A DNA stretch of 63,937 bases, filler included, from Candidatus Woesearchaeota archaeon (GTDB lineage Archaea > Nanobdellota > Nanobdellia > Woesearchaeales > J072): the NCBI GenBank assembly GCA_003695265.1. It is 8 parts of 8 records of this genome, joined end to end, with 100 filler letters (N's around TTAATTAATTAA, not from the genome) between each part and the next. Parts side by side here need not be neighbours in the genome. Positions count along the whole stretch, not along the records: positions 1 to 6,931 come from RFII01000021.1; positions 7,032 to 15,235 come from RFII01000022.1; 6 more parts are not named here. One strand, written 5' to 3'. Below are positions 1 to 10,116 of the stretch, in pieces; position 1 is the stretch's first letter, and every line of letters starts with the position of its first letter. Made by a program: the position numbers and the translations under genes. The notes below the pieces were generated by a model. It ran no database searches. It was not told the origin of the DNA and worked only from the letters and a program-made list of their open reading frames with translations.

Positions 1-1
1 T

Positions 2-556
2 CCCTATGGTTTCTCTAACACAGTAATATATGACTATTCTCAAATGGTTTTACTGCAATACAGGGTTCCAGAAAATGATTATCCAATAACTTACCCTTAC
101 CATTACAGCACGTGGGGCGGGAAATGGCAAGGCAACAATCCTTTGGAAGAGGCAGAAAGGGAGCTCAGCGAAGAGCTTCTACCAAGCTTGGTTAAGGCTG
201 TTGTTGGAAAACTTGAGCAGCAGGGAATTTATTTAATGCCTTTACCAACATCAATGGCAGAGGCTGAAAAAGCAGGAGTTTCAAATCTTGTTAATGAAGG
301 CTTCACCCATTGGCTTAACTGGATGTTCTCAGCCCGCATTGCTTCTCTGAATGAGTTCTTTAGGAATTGCATGCAAGGAGGACTAGGTTATAAGGTCCCG
401 GAAGGCTTCGCGCAAATTCATAGCATTAACACTCTTCCTCCAGAGAAGGACTTCATGTCTGATTATAAAAAAGTTGTCAGGCACATCGTATTGGGTGAAG
501 AGCAGAAAATAATTTTTGGCAAAAGCGTGGCTGATTTAGAAGTCAAGATTGTTTAA
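2..556 (+). CDS. Nudix-like hydrolase, 5' truncated by window edge
   Basis: Frame is open from position 2. VLLQYR...STWGGK...PLEEAERELSEEL resembles a degenerate Nudix box (REUXEE). Confidence 0.45.
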   Translation, partial: PYGFSNTVIYDYSQMVLLQYRVPENDYPITYPYHYSTWGGKWQGNNPLEEAERELSEELLPSLVKAVVGKLEQQGIYLMPLPTSMAEAEKAGVSNLVNEGFTHWLNWMFSARIASLNEFFRNCMQGGLGYKVPEGFAQIHSINTLPPEKDFMSDYKKVVRHIVLGEEQKIIFGKSVADLEVKIV

Positions 557-594
557 CAACAACCTTTTTATATGACATTCGCTTCAATGATTGT

Positions 595-1341
595 ATGCAC
601 GCGACATCTTACACGATCCTAAGCGTAGTAATCGTTTCTTTGCTGTCTCTGGTTGGTGTTGTTTTTGTTTCTCTGAAAAAAGGCACTTTAAACAAGTTGA
701 TACTGTTCTTAGTAAGCCTCTCGGCAGGCTCATTGTTTGGCGGAGTTTTCATTCACATAATACCAGAGGTTGTTGAGAAAAACGGCTTTAGCCTTTCTGT
801 TTCTTTGTCAATCCTTGGCGGCATTGTCCTGTTCTTTGTAATTGAGAAAATAATACACTGGCGGCACTGCCACATCCCAACAACAAAGGATCATCCCCAC
901 CACTTGGCTCCTATGAACCTTATCGGAGACGGCGTCCATAACTTTATAGACGGATTGATTATTGCTGCAAGCTATCTGGCAAGCGTTCAGCTTGGCATAG
1001 CAACAACATTAGCAGTTATACTTCATGAAATACCACAGGAAATAGGAGACTTCGGCGTTTTGCTTCATGCAGGCCTGAAGAAAACAAAAGCACTATTTTT
1101 TAATTTCATTTCTGCCCTGACAGCTTTGCTTGGCGCTGTTATTGGCTTGATAATTGGCTCTGGCTCCCGAAATTTTGCCATGCTAATGCTTCCCTTCGCA
1201 GCAGGAGGGTTTTTGTACATTGCAGGCTCTGACCTCATCCCAGAGTTGCACAAGCACTGCGACGCAAAAGACGCCTTATCCCATTTCTCAGCCTTAATTT
1301 TGGGCATTGCGTTAATGCTTGTACTGCTTTTTGTTAGGTAA
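595..1341 (+). CDS. ZIP-family divalent metal (Zn) transporter
   Basis: Multiple TM helices, His-rich loop (HWRHCH...HPHH), DGVHNFIDG and HEIPQEIGDFG motifs. Confidence 0.92.
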   Translation: MHATSYTILSVVIVSLLSLVGVVFVSLKKGTLNKLILFLVSLSAGSLFGGVFIHIIPEVVEKNGFSLSVSLSILGGIVLFFVIEKIIHWRHCHIPTTKDHPHHLAPMNLIGDGVHNFIDGLIIAASYLASVQLGIATTLAVILHEIPQEIGDFGVLLHAGLKKTKALFFNFISALTALLGAVIGLIIGSGSRNFAMLMLPFAAGGFLYIAGSDLIPELHKHCDAKDALSHFSALILGIALMLVLLFVR

Positions 1342-1348
1342 ACTTAAT

Positions 1349-4300
1349 TCATGAAAAAATATTTATAACATTCCCATTACTGTTTTTTTGCCCATGCTTA
1401 ACCTCGAACACATCCCTTTTTCTTTGGTATGTTAAGCACCCTGAGTTAGCAACTGCTTTCCTAACATCATCATCAGGAACATCATCATTAACAATAAAGA
1501 AAACCCTGTCTCCTTTCTGCGCTATGATCCTTGCGCCCATTTCCATGTTAATCCTCTCAAAAAACGATCTTACTCTTTCATACCCTTTTATCATAAGCTT
1601 TTTTGGTTCGTCTGTCCTCTCAACATGATATGTCTCGCAGAACCTCTGGCTTTTTCTTGAAAGTTCTTCCCTCTGCACGTGTAAGTACATAAAATCCTCA
1701 GGCTTTATTCCCATCTCGCTTATTCTTTGCCACGCGTAAGGGCATTCTTTTTCCAGATCACAACAAGCCTCCTTGTATTTCCTTATCCTGTGCATTAACG
1801 CATTATAAATCGTTCGTGTTTCCTCACCAATCATTCTATCCCTCATCGCAGTAACTGCTCTTATCTCTGGATGCATTCTCTCTAATAAAATGCTCTCATC
1901 AAAAAGGCTTCTCTCATTGCCACTGCTGTTATTTCTTATATGTCTTGAGTATTCTCCTGCCACTTCTTTGCTCTCATTTTCTTTTACAGCGATGCTTAAA
2001 TCAGAGCAGAGTCTTTCAATAGAATTCACCAGTGATTTCACGCTTCTCTGATATTTTGAGCTTATCCTTTTGAAGCCGTGTCTTCTTGACCTTGCTGCTG
2101 TGTGAAGTTCTCGCGCGTCTTCCCTGCTCCAGTTGATAAGCCTGTATGCGAATTCATACCTATCATTGAGCCTTTGGAGTTCTAAAGAATCATAAAAAAG
2201 CGGCTCTATCAAAGCCCTCATATATCTTGCGTAAACTGTCTGGATTTCCTGCTCTGATTGCGTTTCCCCATTCAGGGTGAAATGCTCCTCTAAAAACTCT
2301 TTCGCTTCGGGAAACACTCTTAATATTATTTCTCTTAAAAAATAAGCCCTTGGGATATGGGCAACATGGACGTTTCTGTATTCGCGCTCACTTAAATTAG
2401 GATCCCAAAGCCTCGTTTCAGAATCCAATGAATACAAACGCTTTATTATGTCTCTAAACTTTTTTCTTAATTCAACCTGCTTTTGCGCCTCGCCAGGCTG
2501 CCTTCTCAAAATTCCTTGTGTTTGCCTGAACTTTCTGTCCCAGAGGGTCTGCATTCTGTCCCGCTCAGCAAGAAGGTCTTCTATGCAGACGTCAAACGCC
2601 TGCGCGACTTTGGTGAGCGCATAAAGCTGCGGTGCGAACCTCTCAACTAATTCTTCAAGCACTACCAAGTCTGTTCTGTGGTACTCAGCCATCTCTTTAC
2701 ACGTCTCTGCATCACCCTCAAGCATAAGCCTGTTTGCAGGGTTTATGTTCCCGGATTCCATTGATTTTTTTAGCGGAATGCCAAAATAGTCGCAGATCGC
2801 TTCCAAATTTCTTCTCTCGCAGTCAGGAAGGCAGTGCTTCGCCAGTATCATTGTGTCAATGTACAAATGCCCTGGAATCCTTACGTGGCTTCTTGCAGGA
2901 TCCTTCTGCATCGGATGGCCTATTCCTGTTACTTTTGGAAGGTACCTGCTCACGTCAATCCCAAAAGACTTTGCAGCGGCCAGTATTGTGTGGGTTTTCT
3001 TCATGTGCTGAATGTCAAACGGCCCGTTCTGAAACACAACTCTGAATGGGTCGTGATCAAAGAATTCTCTTACTGCAGCGAGCTGCATAGACAGCTGGCT
3101 TAGCATGCACCTTATGTCCAGCTCGTAATGCTTTCTTTCCTTTTTATCATTGAGCTCAATGCCGAACCTTTCCATAACTTTTGCTGCAATTCTTTCTTTC
3201 TCGTCTTCTGCTGCTGTTCTCCACCTGCTTAAATAATTTTTTTCGAGGCCTTCATAAAATCTTTGTACGTCCTCATCAGAAGCTCTGAAGGAAGGTGCAG
3301 CAACAGGGTAAATTTTTCCTCTTAGAGGGACTAACTCGGCGTTTTCAGATGATCCTTGTTCATAAATAGTTCCTTGCCATAATATTTTGCCGTTTTCAGA
3401 GCTGAACAGGAACCCAATATGGGTTATTGTTTCTCTTAGCAGGCTCATATATTCTTTTGTTTCTGCAAGTATCCTTGCCCTTTCTTCTTTACCAATATCA
3501 TTAACACTAAACTCATTCCTTCCTTGCAAGTATCTTGGTATGAAAACTTCATCAACCCATTCATCTGTTGGCTTTTTCCTTGTGCTGAATCCGCAAGTTT
3601 CAATGTCGCCATAACATGCAGACCAAGAAAAAATGGCAGGATTAAATCCAACAACCTTTATAAGCGGTCTTCCATCATATTCTAAAAACTCAATTCTGTT
3701 ATTCTGCCTTTTTAGTATGTTGCTGACAACAAGCAACGCATGCCATTCCTGATTATTGTATTCAAAAACTTGCGCAGCCGGATCAATTCTATTCATTAAT
3801 TCTTTTGTTTTTTCCTGATGCGCAAGAAAACCTCTTCGCAGCTCAATCAGCCTTGCTTCGAGCTCTGGGCTTAAATTCTTATCCAAGAAAGACCTGCCTT
3901 TTTCTGGCACCTCATCATCAATGATTGCTTCTAATGTTTTTCTTACACAGTTCCTCATCCTGTTTTCCGGAAACGTTCTTTCTAAAAGCCCATAATACTC
4001 GTTTAACGCCAGCTCTGCTTTTTTCTGCTCCTCAAACACAGCCAGCAGCTCTGGATGTACATCAACCTCCTTGAAAAGACTTCTAATATCATCTCTTATC
4101 TCTGCAGAAACAGAATGCGCAAAAAAAGGGTATTGCCATTGGCCTCTTGTCGGGTTTTGGGAAATCATTTTTAGAAATTTCTGCAATTCAGACCTCTTGG
4201 ACAAAGGAGTCATTACGCGCAATACCTGCGCATCATAATCAGGCCTTGGCAAGTCAATAACATCTACTGATTCTGCATGCACAAAATCCTCTAACAAGCT

Positions 4301-4504
4301 AGTATAATAATACTCTAGCCTTCTATTCATCATGTCTCCAAAAGGCTTTACTTGTGGGTAAGTGTAAGCTGCAATAATAACATCACTTGCAATATGGCCT
4401 AATCCCCCTTTCTCATCTCTAAAGGACAGAAACACAAGCCTTTTCTTTTTAGCCCGCTTCGTGGGCGGAAGAAGTATTGTTTCTACAGCGTCATTTATTA
4501 TCAT
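1349..4504 (-). CDS. Family-B DNA polymerase derivative: DEDDy 3'-5' exonuclease plus degenerate polymerase domain
   Basis: ExoI YGDIETCG, ExoII FQNGPFD and ExoIII EYHRTD. Degenerate polymerase motifs A (NVHVAHIPRAYF), B (QRSVKSLVNS) and C (ARIIAQKGDRVFF). Confidence 0.65.
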   Translation of the reverse strand: MIINDAVETILLPPTKRAKKKRLVFLSFRDEKGGLGHIASDVIIAAYTYPQVKPFGDMMNRRLEYYYTSLLEDFVHAESVDVIDLPRPDYDAQVLRVMTPLSKRSELQKFLKMISQNPTRGQWQYPFFAHSVSAEIRDDIRSLFKEVDVHPELLAVFEEQKKAELALNEYYGLLERTFPENRMRNCVRKTLEAIIDDEVPEKGRSFLDKNLSPELEARLIELRRGFLAHQEKTKELMNRIDPAAQVFEYNNQEWHALLVVSNILKRQNNRIEFLEYDGRPLIKVVGFNPAIFSWSACYGDIETCGFSTRKKPTDEWVDEVFIPRYLQGRNEFSVNDIGKEERARILAETKEYMSLLRETITHIGFLFSSENGKILWQGTIYEQGSSENAELVPLRGKIYPVAAPSFRASDEDVQRFYEGLEKNYLSRWRTAAEDEKERIAAKVMERFGIELNDKKERKHYELDIRCMLSQLSMQLAAVREFFDHDPFRVVFQNGPFDIQHMKKTHTILAAAKSFGIDVSRYLPKVTGIGHPMQKDPARSHVRIPGHLYIDTMILAKHCLPDCERRNLEAICDYFGIPLKKSMESGNINPANRLMLEGDAETCKEMAEYHRTDLVVLEELVERFAPQLYALTKVAQAFDVCIEDLLAERDRMQTLWDRKFRQTQGILRRQPGEAQKQVELRKKFRDIIKRLYSLDSETRLWDPNLSEREYRNVHVAHIPRAYFLREIILRVFPEAKEFLEEHFTLNGETQSEQEIQTVYARYMRALIEPLFYDSLELQRLNDRYEFAYRLINWSREDARELHTAARSRRHGFKRISSKYQRSVKSLVNSIERLCSDLSIAVKENESKEVAGEYSRHIRNNSSGNERSLFDESILLERMHPEIRAVTAMRDRMIGEETRTIYNALMHRIRKYKEACCDLEKECPYAWQRISEMGIKPEDFMYLHVQREELSRKSQRFCETYHVERTDEPKKLMIKGYERVRSFFERINMEMGARIIAQKGDRVFFIVNDDVPDDDVRKAVANSGCLTYQRKRDVFEVKHGQKNSNGNVINIFS

Positions 4505-4554
4505 GCAGCATCAAGAGGAGAAATTAACCTTTATTTAAAAAGATTTGGCATTAA

Positions 4555-5730
4555 TTATAATATTTTTACAACTCTGTTCCACGGCAATTCTGCGTTGTGG
4601 AAATAATCAGAACCCAGAGCTATTTTTTTGTACAGTGAAGGGTCTTTCAAGCCAAACATCTTAATACCATCTTTTATTCTTAGCGGAATGCTCTCTCTTA
4701 TCAGGCTTTCAAGGTCTTCTTGGCGTATCCTGGCAGTGCCGTTTGTGAATATGTTTAATCCAACCTCCTCTCTTCCAATAGTGTAAGACAGCGCTACTCT
4801 TGCAAAATCAGCAAGCCCATTACCTACGATTTGCACTGCTACGTACCTTGCGAGGAATGTTCCTGTGCCTGACGGCTTTGACGGGTCTTCTCCGCTGAAT
4901 GAATCCTCTTGCACGCCGTAAGATGCGAAGCCGTCCCTGTAAGGCTTTGCTTCTCTGCTTCCCTCATCAACAGCCCAGCCGCCTGAATGCCAAGGACCGA
5001 CGCCATTAATACTAATTTCATAAACGCCAAATGGTTGCTTATACTCGCTTTCAAGCTCTTTAACAATAGCCGAGATTATCATTCCTAATTTAAGCCTTAA
5101 CTCCTTTAATGGCAGGCTTGGCTCGTGCTCAACAGCAATAGTTATTCCCTTTAGCCCTACTAGAGCGCTTCCCTTATACAACGCATCAACGCTTATTTTT
5201 CCATCAGCTCTTAATCCTTCTAATTTACTAACACCTGAGATTCTGGCGATGCGCTCTGGAATAACACCCTTGTTTTGGTATATTGCGTCAAGAATATCCC
5301 TTATCTCAACTGCTAAGTATCTTTCCCACGGCAGATGATTTGGTGTGTTTCTGTATGCGACTGCAATCGGGTTGCCTGAATCTCCCGCGTTCCCATTTGA
5401 TGCCAAACTAGCAGCTTGCGGCTTTAAAACAAACTCTGTTACAATCTCTTCTGGCTTTAACTCTGTCATGTGAACTGAATTGTACCTTTCCAACACGATT
5501 TTTGATAGGCTGTCCTTAAGACCATCATTCAGCAAATGCTCAGATAATTCGCCGGAAACACGTACTGTTGGTCTTTCATTATTTGTGGTTCCCGTAACCC
5601 TTAAGTCAAAGCGCGCATTTGGATCCAGCTCAAGCAGATGTGCGCCAAGGAGGTTTGCAATGCTTGATTCCAGCTCATCAGGCTTCCCGCGCCTTCCAGC
5701 CTCAAACGTGTGAAGTATTCTTTCCTGCAT
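4555..5730 (-). CDS. Divergent bacterial/eukaryotic-type S-adenosylmethionine synthetase (MetK) homologue
   Basis: GKPD, AGDSG, LRADGK and FSGEDPSK...FLARYVAVQIVGNGLA...LSYTIG follow MetK motif order; 391 aa is MetK-sized. Confidence 0.75.
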   Translation of the reverse strand: MQERILHTFEAGRRGKPDELESSIANLLGAHLLELDPNARFDLRVTGTTNNERPTVRVSGELSEHLLNDGLKDSLSKIVLERYNSVHMTELKPEEIVTEFVLKPQAASLASNGNAGDSGNPIAVAYRNTPNHLPWERYLAVEIRDILDAIYQNKGVIPERIARISGVSKLEGLRADGKISVDALYKGSALVGLKGITIAVEHEPSLPLKELRLKLGMIISAIVKELESEYKQPFGVYEISINGVGPWHSGGWAVDEGSREAKPYRDGFASYGVQEDSFSGEDPSKPSGTGTFLARYVAVQIVGNGLADFARVALSYTIGREEVGLNIFTNGTARIRQEDLESLIRESIPLRIKDGIKMFGLKDPSLYKKIALGSDYFHNAELPWNRVVKIL

Positions 5731-5809
5731 TTTATAGGCTTGGTTTATTCTTCTTTTAATATTTAACTGGTTAAATTATTCCTATAAGAATATTGACTGA
5801 TTAAAATAA

Positions 5810-6931
5810 TTAATCTATTAAGTGACTTTCCTTAACTCTTGATATAAAAGAAAAAATAATTGCTATTGCTCCTAATATTATAAGAGTGTAGTTCAATGAC
5901 CAATCAACCATAAAACCGATAATAGGATTTAATATAATAGACACAAATCTCCTAGCCATAGACACAGATGAAAGAACAGTTGCTCTTTTTGATGAAGGAA
6001 TATACTTGTTCATGTAGCTGACAAACAAAGGCCTTCTTGCCATTCCAAAACCGCCACCAACAATTATAACCCATAAAACAGCAGGAACCCACGTTGTTAA
6101 ACCACCCACAACAAACATTATTCCTGTAATAAGAGCACTTAGAAAAACCATTCTTTTCTTCGAGCCGAATAATTTTTCCAGTCTTCTGTAATTATTCATA
6201 ATTAATATCTGACTTAATACAAAAAATGCGTGTACTATACCAAAATATTTCAAGCCGACCCCTGCCTGCTTTAGCATCGGCTGGTACAACCAAATCATAA
6301 AATAGGCTATTGCATTAATCACAACGAAGTCTGTAGTTAATATCTTCAGGACTTTGTTCTTATAAAAAAACTTGAACCCTTCTTTTAAAATACTAATGTA
6401 ACGCTTTGACTCTGTCTTTTGTTTTGTTTTCGGTTCTTTTAATGTTAAGGAGATCAAGAAAGCTATTCCTAAGGGAATCACAAACAAGAGCATAGGGGCT
6501 CTTAACCCAAAGTGTGTTGCTATCACACTGCCGATAGGAGCTCCAAACATTATACCTGCTAGTCTAAAGCTCTCGAGCTTTCCAAAAATCTTTTTTGACT
6601 GCTTTGTTTCATCAATCTTTTTTAATGTGTCATAAACAAAAGCTTCATCTGCTCCTGACATTAAGGCAGCAGACATCGCCCAAAGAAATTCACCAAGCAA
6701 AAATATGTAAAAATTCGGCATGCTTGCATAAACTAAGACCGCAATTATGTTTACAAAAACAGACAGAATAATTGACTGCTTTCTTCCTAAATAATCTGCA
6801 ATTGTTCCTGTAGGAACCTCCAGAATGAATGTCCATAGCATGAACCAGGATTGCAGAATCATTAATTGAGTAAAGCTTATCTTTCCCCATTCTAAAAAGA
6901 AAGGGACAAGTACTCCACCGATAAAATGAAA
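5810..6931 (-). CDS. MFS transporter, 5' end cut by contig break
   Basis: EVPTGTIADYLGRK (MFS motif A), many TM helices, IPSSKRATVLS. Confidence 0.88.
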   Translation of the reverse strand, partial: FHFIGGVLVPFFLEWGKISFTQLMILQSWFMLWTFILEVPTGTIADYLGRKQSIILSVFVNIIAVLVYASMPNFYIFLLGEFLWAMSAALMSGADEAFVYDTLKKIDETKQSKKIFGKLESFRLAGIMFGAPIGSVIATHFGLRAPMLLFVIPLGIAFLISLTLKEPKTKQKTESKRYISILKEGFKFFYKNKVLKILTTDFVVINAIAYFMIWLYQPMLKQAGVGLKYFGIVHAFFVLSQILIMNNYRRLEKLFGSKKRMVFLSALITGIMFVVGGLTTWVPAVLWVIIVGGGFGMARRPLFVSYMNKYIPSSKRATVLSSVSMARRFVSIILNPIIGFMVDWSLNYTLIILGAIAIIFSFISRVKESHLID

Positions 6932-7031
6932 NNNNNNNNNNNNNNNNNNNNNNNNNNNNNNNNNNNNNNNNNNNNTTAATTAATTAANNNNNNNNNNNNN
7001 NNNNNNNNNNNNNNNNNNNNNNNNNNNNNNN
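6932..7031. other. Artificial contig spacer
   Basis: N-run with central TTAATTAATTAA (stops in all six frames). Confidence 0.98.
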
Positions 7032-7154
7032 CCTTCTTGACTGGTAATTCACTGTTAGCGTGCTTGGTCCTTCTGGTGTCGTGGTTGCGATTACTATTCC
7101 GCTGCTCATTACTAATAATGTTATTATTAGTGCCAATAATTCTCTTTTAGTCAT
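7032..7154 (-). CDS. N-terminus of a secreted protein, truncated by contig end
   Basis: Read manually: MTKRELLALIITLLVMSSGIVIATTTPEGPSTLTVNYQSRR. GAGGTG SD upstream and a signal-peptide pattern. Confidence 0.6.
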
Positions 7155-7246
7155 GAGAAAACACCTCTTTTTATGATTAAAGGATCTTTAATTTTTTTAA
7201 GAATTCTTTGCGTGTTCATAGCTTTCACCTCTTTCGTTTACGTTTT

Positions 7247-7474
7247 TCATTTTCGCTTCACCCTCGACATTTTCTCTACATTTTTTGTATTAATAATAAT
7301 TGTGCCTAATTCGCCGACAACTTTGATGAATCCTTCACCGACTTGCTCGAGCCTTCCTCTTGCTACTTTGTATTGGTCGCCGTCACGGTAAGGGGCCTTT
7401 ATTTCTTGGCCTAAGAATTCTGCAAAGGGGTTGTCTTTCCCTAAACTTTTTGTCATTTTCTCATCAGCCCTCAC
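7247..7474 (-). CDS. Small hypothetical protein, possible Sm/LSm-like fold
   Basis: Short helix (FAEFLGQEI) followed by a beta-strand pattern (ARGRLEQVGEGFIKV...TIIINTKNV). Confidence 0.45.
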   Translation of the reverse strand: MRADEKMTKSLGKDNPFAEFLGQEIKAPYRDGDQYKVARGRLEQVGEGFIKVVGELGTIIINTKNVEKMSRVKRK

Positions 7475-7659
7475 TTATATTATCTTAATTGTCATTTTAC
7501 TATTGTTTTTGCCACTTTATGCTTTTAGGCTATTATAATATAAACTAATATCACATTTGTGTATACTCATATATAAATATTACGAAAAAAATAGTTATTA
7601 AAAGAGAAAAATAATGCTAAATAGTGTTATATAATCATAAGAATCGTCGTAAAAGTTTC

Positions 7660-8382
7660 TTATTTGACTATTTCTTTCAGCCTGTCCCTCTCTGCGAACA
7701 TCTGCTTTAATTCTTCTGTTCCCTGCTTTAATGCTTTCTCTTTTTCCTCAAGCTGCCTCTGCTTTTCCTCTATTTCTGTTTTTAACTGGCGCCACTCCTC
7801 TTCCAATTTTTTCATAGGCTCAATCTTCTTTGCTATTTGCTCCTCAAAAGAAAGTAGCTTTGACTCATTTTTTTTGTTCTCCCAATAATCATGAAGCCTG
7901 TTTAGTATTTCTCCTCCTGCAATGTCCTGTTCTACTTGGTCTCTTGTGTCTTTGTTTTGGTATTTTGCAATAAGTTCTTCAAAAAAGAGTTTCTGGTCAG
8001 GCACCTTTGGCTCAGTCTTCTCTGGCGGCACACTAGGTTGAGCTGGCTCCTTACTTTCTTGATCCACAGGAGGCAACTCGTCAGGAGCTAGCTCTTCTTT
8101 TTTCTCCTCATCAGGGGCTGGAGGAGGAGCAGGCTGTGGTTCCTCTTGTTTCTCTGTTGGAACAGCTTCTTCTTGCTTTTTGCTTTCTGAATCTTGCGCT
8201 TCTTGCTCTGGAGCCTTTTCTTCATCTTTCTTATCAGAAGAGGCAGGCTGCTCTGCAGGCGCTTCTTGTTTCTGGCCTGCTTTTTCTTCTTTGTTTATCT
8301 CAGGAAGAGAAGGAAGTTCATTAGGAGGTTCTGCTTTTTGTTCTTCTTTCTTGTCTTTCTTTAGGTTTAGCAGAGCCAACAT
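7660..8382 (-). CDS. Hypothetical protein with E/P/K-rich disordered N-half and coiled-coil C-terminus
   Basis: Low-complexity composition; repeated PNELPSL/PDELPPV motif; heptad-like C-terminus; GGGTGA SD. Confidence 0.7.
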   Translation of the reverse strand: MLALLNLKKDKKEEQKAEPPNELPSLPEINKEEKAGQKQEAPAEQPASSDKKDEEKAPEQEAQDSESKKQEEAVPTEKQEEPQPAPPPAPDEEKKEELAPDELPPVDQESKEPAQPSVPPEKTEPKVPDQKLFFEELIAKYQNKDTRDQVEQDIAGGEILNRLHDYWENKKNESKLLSFEEQIAKKIEPMKKLEEEWRQLKTEIEEKQRQLEEKEKALKQGTEELKQMFAERDRLKEIVK

Positions 8383-8455
8383 CTCACCCCTTTTTCATGC
8401 ATTTCTCAAATATTAACCCTTTATATAAATAGTGATAAATGGTGTTAATCCGGAA

Positions 8456-10084
8456 TCATTTTATCTCTGCGTAAAAGCTAACGCTTGAAGTATCAGTGAG
8501 GTGCTGCCTTCTTAAGTTTGCAGGAACCCTTATCTCATAGTCATAAGTGCCATATTTGCCCGGAATAAGGTAATTTGCTTGCGTGACAAACAGCACGTCC
8601 TCTGAGTCAGTCTGGTCAAATTCGCCATCACCATTGTCATCACTGTAATCCCATAGTATTCCTGTCTTGAAGTTCGTGCTGTTCGTGCTGTTAACCCAAG
8701 GTATGTTTGTTATGTTGACTCCAAAAATTATTATGCTCATATTGTTTTTTGGAGCTCCTCCTGATGTGTAAGTTGAATTTATTGAGTCTGGATAATTCGT
8801 TGTGTTGAGCACTACGTCTAATTCCTCAAAGTCATTTGACCTGTAATTGCCGCTTATGTTCATGCCTAACGCCAGCAGGCTAGTAAAATCAATTGAGGAG
8901 TCATAATCAGCTACGAAAACATTACTTCCTGAAGTGTTTGAGACAGACCACGCGAGCAGAGAATAATTATTTGCATCCATGAGGCTGAGGTTTCCTGTGA
9001 TGTTGCCATAAAAGATGTGCCACGATGAGACATTAATGCTGTTATTGGCAACGTTGTTGCTCTCATTAGTTTCATTTATTGATCCGTTGAGGCTTATGTT
9101 TGGGTCAATAACAACAAAGAAATTGTGGGTTCCCATCTGCACAGTCCAGTTAACTCCTGTTGTTGTGTTGCTGTTTCCGCTGACGTTTATTGTCACATTA
9201 TCTCCTATCTGGTTCCCAAGAGTGTAATTGTTCTCAAAGAACTGCACAATAACATCTGTTGCATTTGAGTCGCCAAAATTGAAGACAGTTGCGTTTATTG
9301 ATATCTGGGTTGACTCTGCAGGGGTGCTGTTGCTGAACGTTATGTTGCCTGAATTAATAAATAGGTCAATGTAAATTATTGTGAAATTCACTGATGAAAC
9401 GTTCTCCTTGCCTTTTGTGTTGTTTGCCTTTACATACAAGACATATGTCCCGTCACCAAACACTGTTGTGTCAAGGGTGTCATTATAATAAGTGGCGCTA
9501 CTATTATATATAGGGCTCCAGCCAGGGTTTCCATCTTTTGTAAGGTTGTGTGTCCCATTGTTTATAGCGTAGCTCACGTTTGCTGTCTGGAATGAAGTGT
9601 TTATAACACTAACATTAATCATAATAGTTCCATACTGCGTGGAAGCATTAGGTGGGAAAATTATTGTTATGTTTGGAGGAGTGTCATGGATTAGCTGAAG
9701 GTTGTCCATTTCCATAAAGCCGTTGCTCCAGTCAGTTGAGCTTATTGTCTTGTTTGTGGTTTCGCTTGTGTAATTAGAAGCGTTTTCTATTACCTCAACA
9801 AAAATGTTGTCTCCTTGAGTGCAGGGGCTGCTGAGCAGGTCGCAGTCTATCATGTAGCAGTTGTCAGCCCCGCAGCCGCCAGTTGGCCCGATAACATCTG
9901 TGAGGTTGTCGCTTCTGCCGCTGTCCTCTGCCCAGAGAACAACGCTGTAGCCATTGGCGCTTTCCCCGTCGCTCGCGTTTGTAACGTTTCCAGTAACCCA
10001 AAACTGCGCGTTTGAAATGTTACTAACCAAAACAAGCTCAATACTAAAAATTAAAATAACAAAAAACAACAATTTTATGTTCAA
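8456..10084 (-). CDS. Secreted surface glycoprotein with Ig-like and CARDB-like domains
   Basis: Signal peptide, dense NxS/T sequons, CARDB-like segment (DLFI...INATVFNFG...VVIDP...ETNESNN). Confidence 0.8.
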   Translation of the reverse strand: MNIKLLFFVILIFSIELVLVSNISNAQFWVTGNVTNASDGESANGYSVVLWAEDSGRSDNLTDVIGPTGGCGADNCYMIDCDLLSSPCTQGDNIFVEVIENASNYTSETTNKTISSTDWSNGFMEMDNLQLIHDTPPNITIIFPPNASTQYGTIMINVSVINTSFQTANVSYAINNGTHNLTKDGNPGWSPIYNSSATYYNDTLDTTVFGDGTYVLYVKANNTKGKENVSSVNFTIIYIDLFINSGNITFSNSTPAESTQISINATVFNFGDSNATDVIVQFFENNYTLGNQIGDNVTINVSGNSNTTTGVNWTVQMGTHNFFVVIDPNISLNGSINETNESNNVANNSINVSSWHIFYGNITGNLSLMDANNYSLLAWSVSNTSGSNVFVADYDSSIDFTSLLALGMNISGNYRSNDFEELDVVLNTTNYPDSINSTYTSGGAPKNNMSIIIFGVNITNIPWVNSTNSTNFKTGILWDYSDDNGDGEFDQTDSEDVLFVTQANYLIPGKYGTYDYEIRVPANLRRQHLTDTSSVSFYAEIK

Positions 10085-10116
10085 TGTTCACCCCCCTTAA
10101 TACCCTGTTTAATAAT

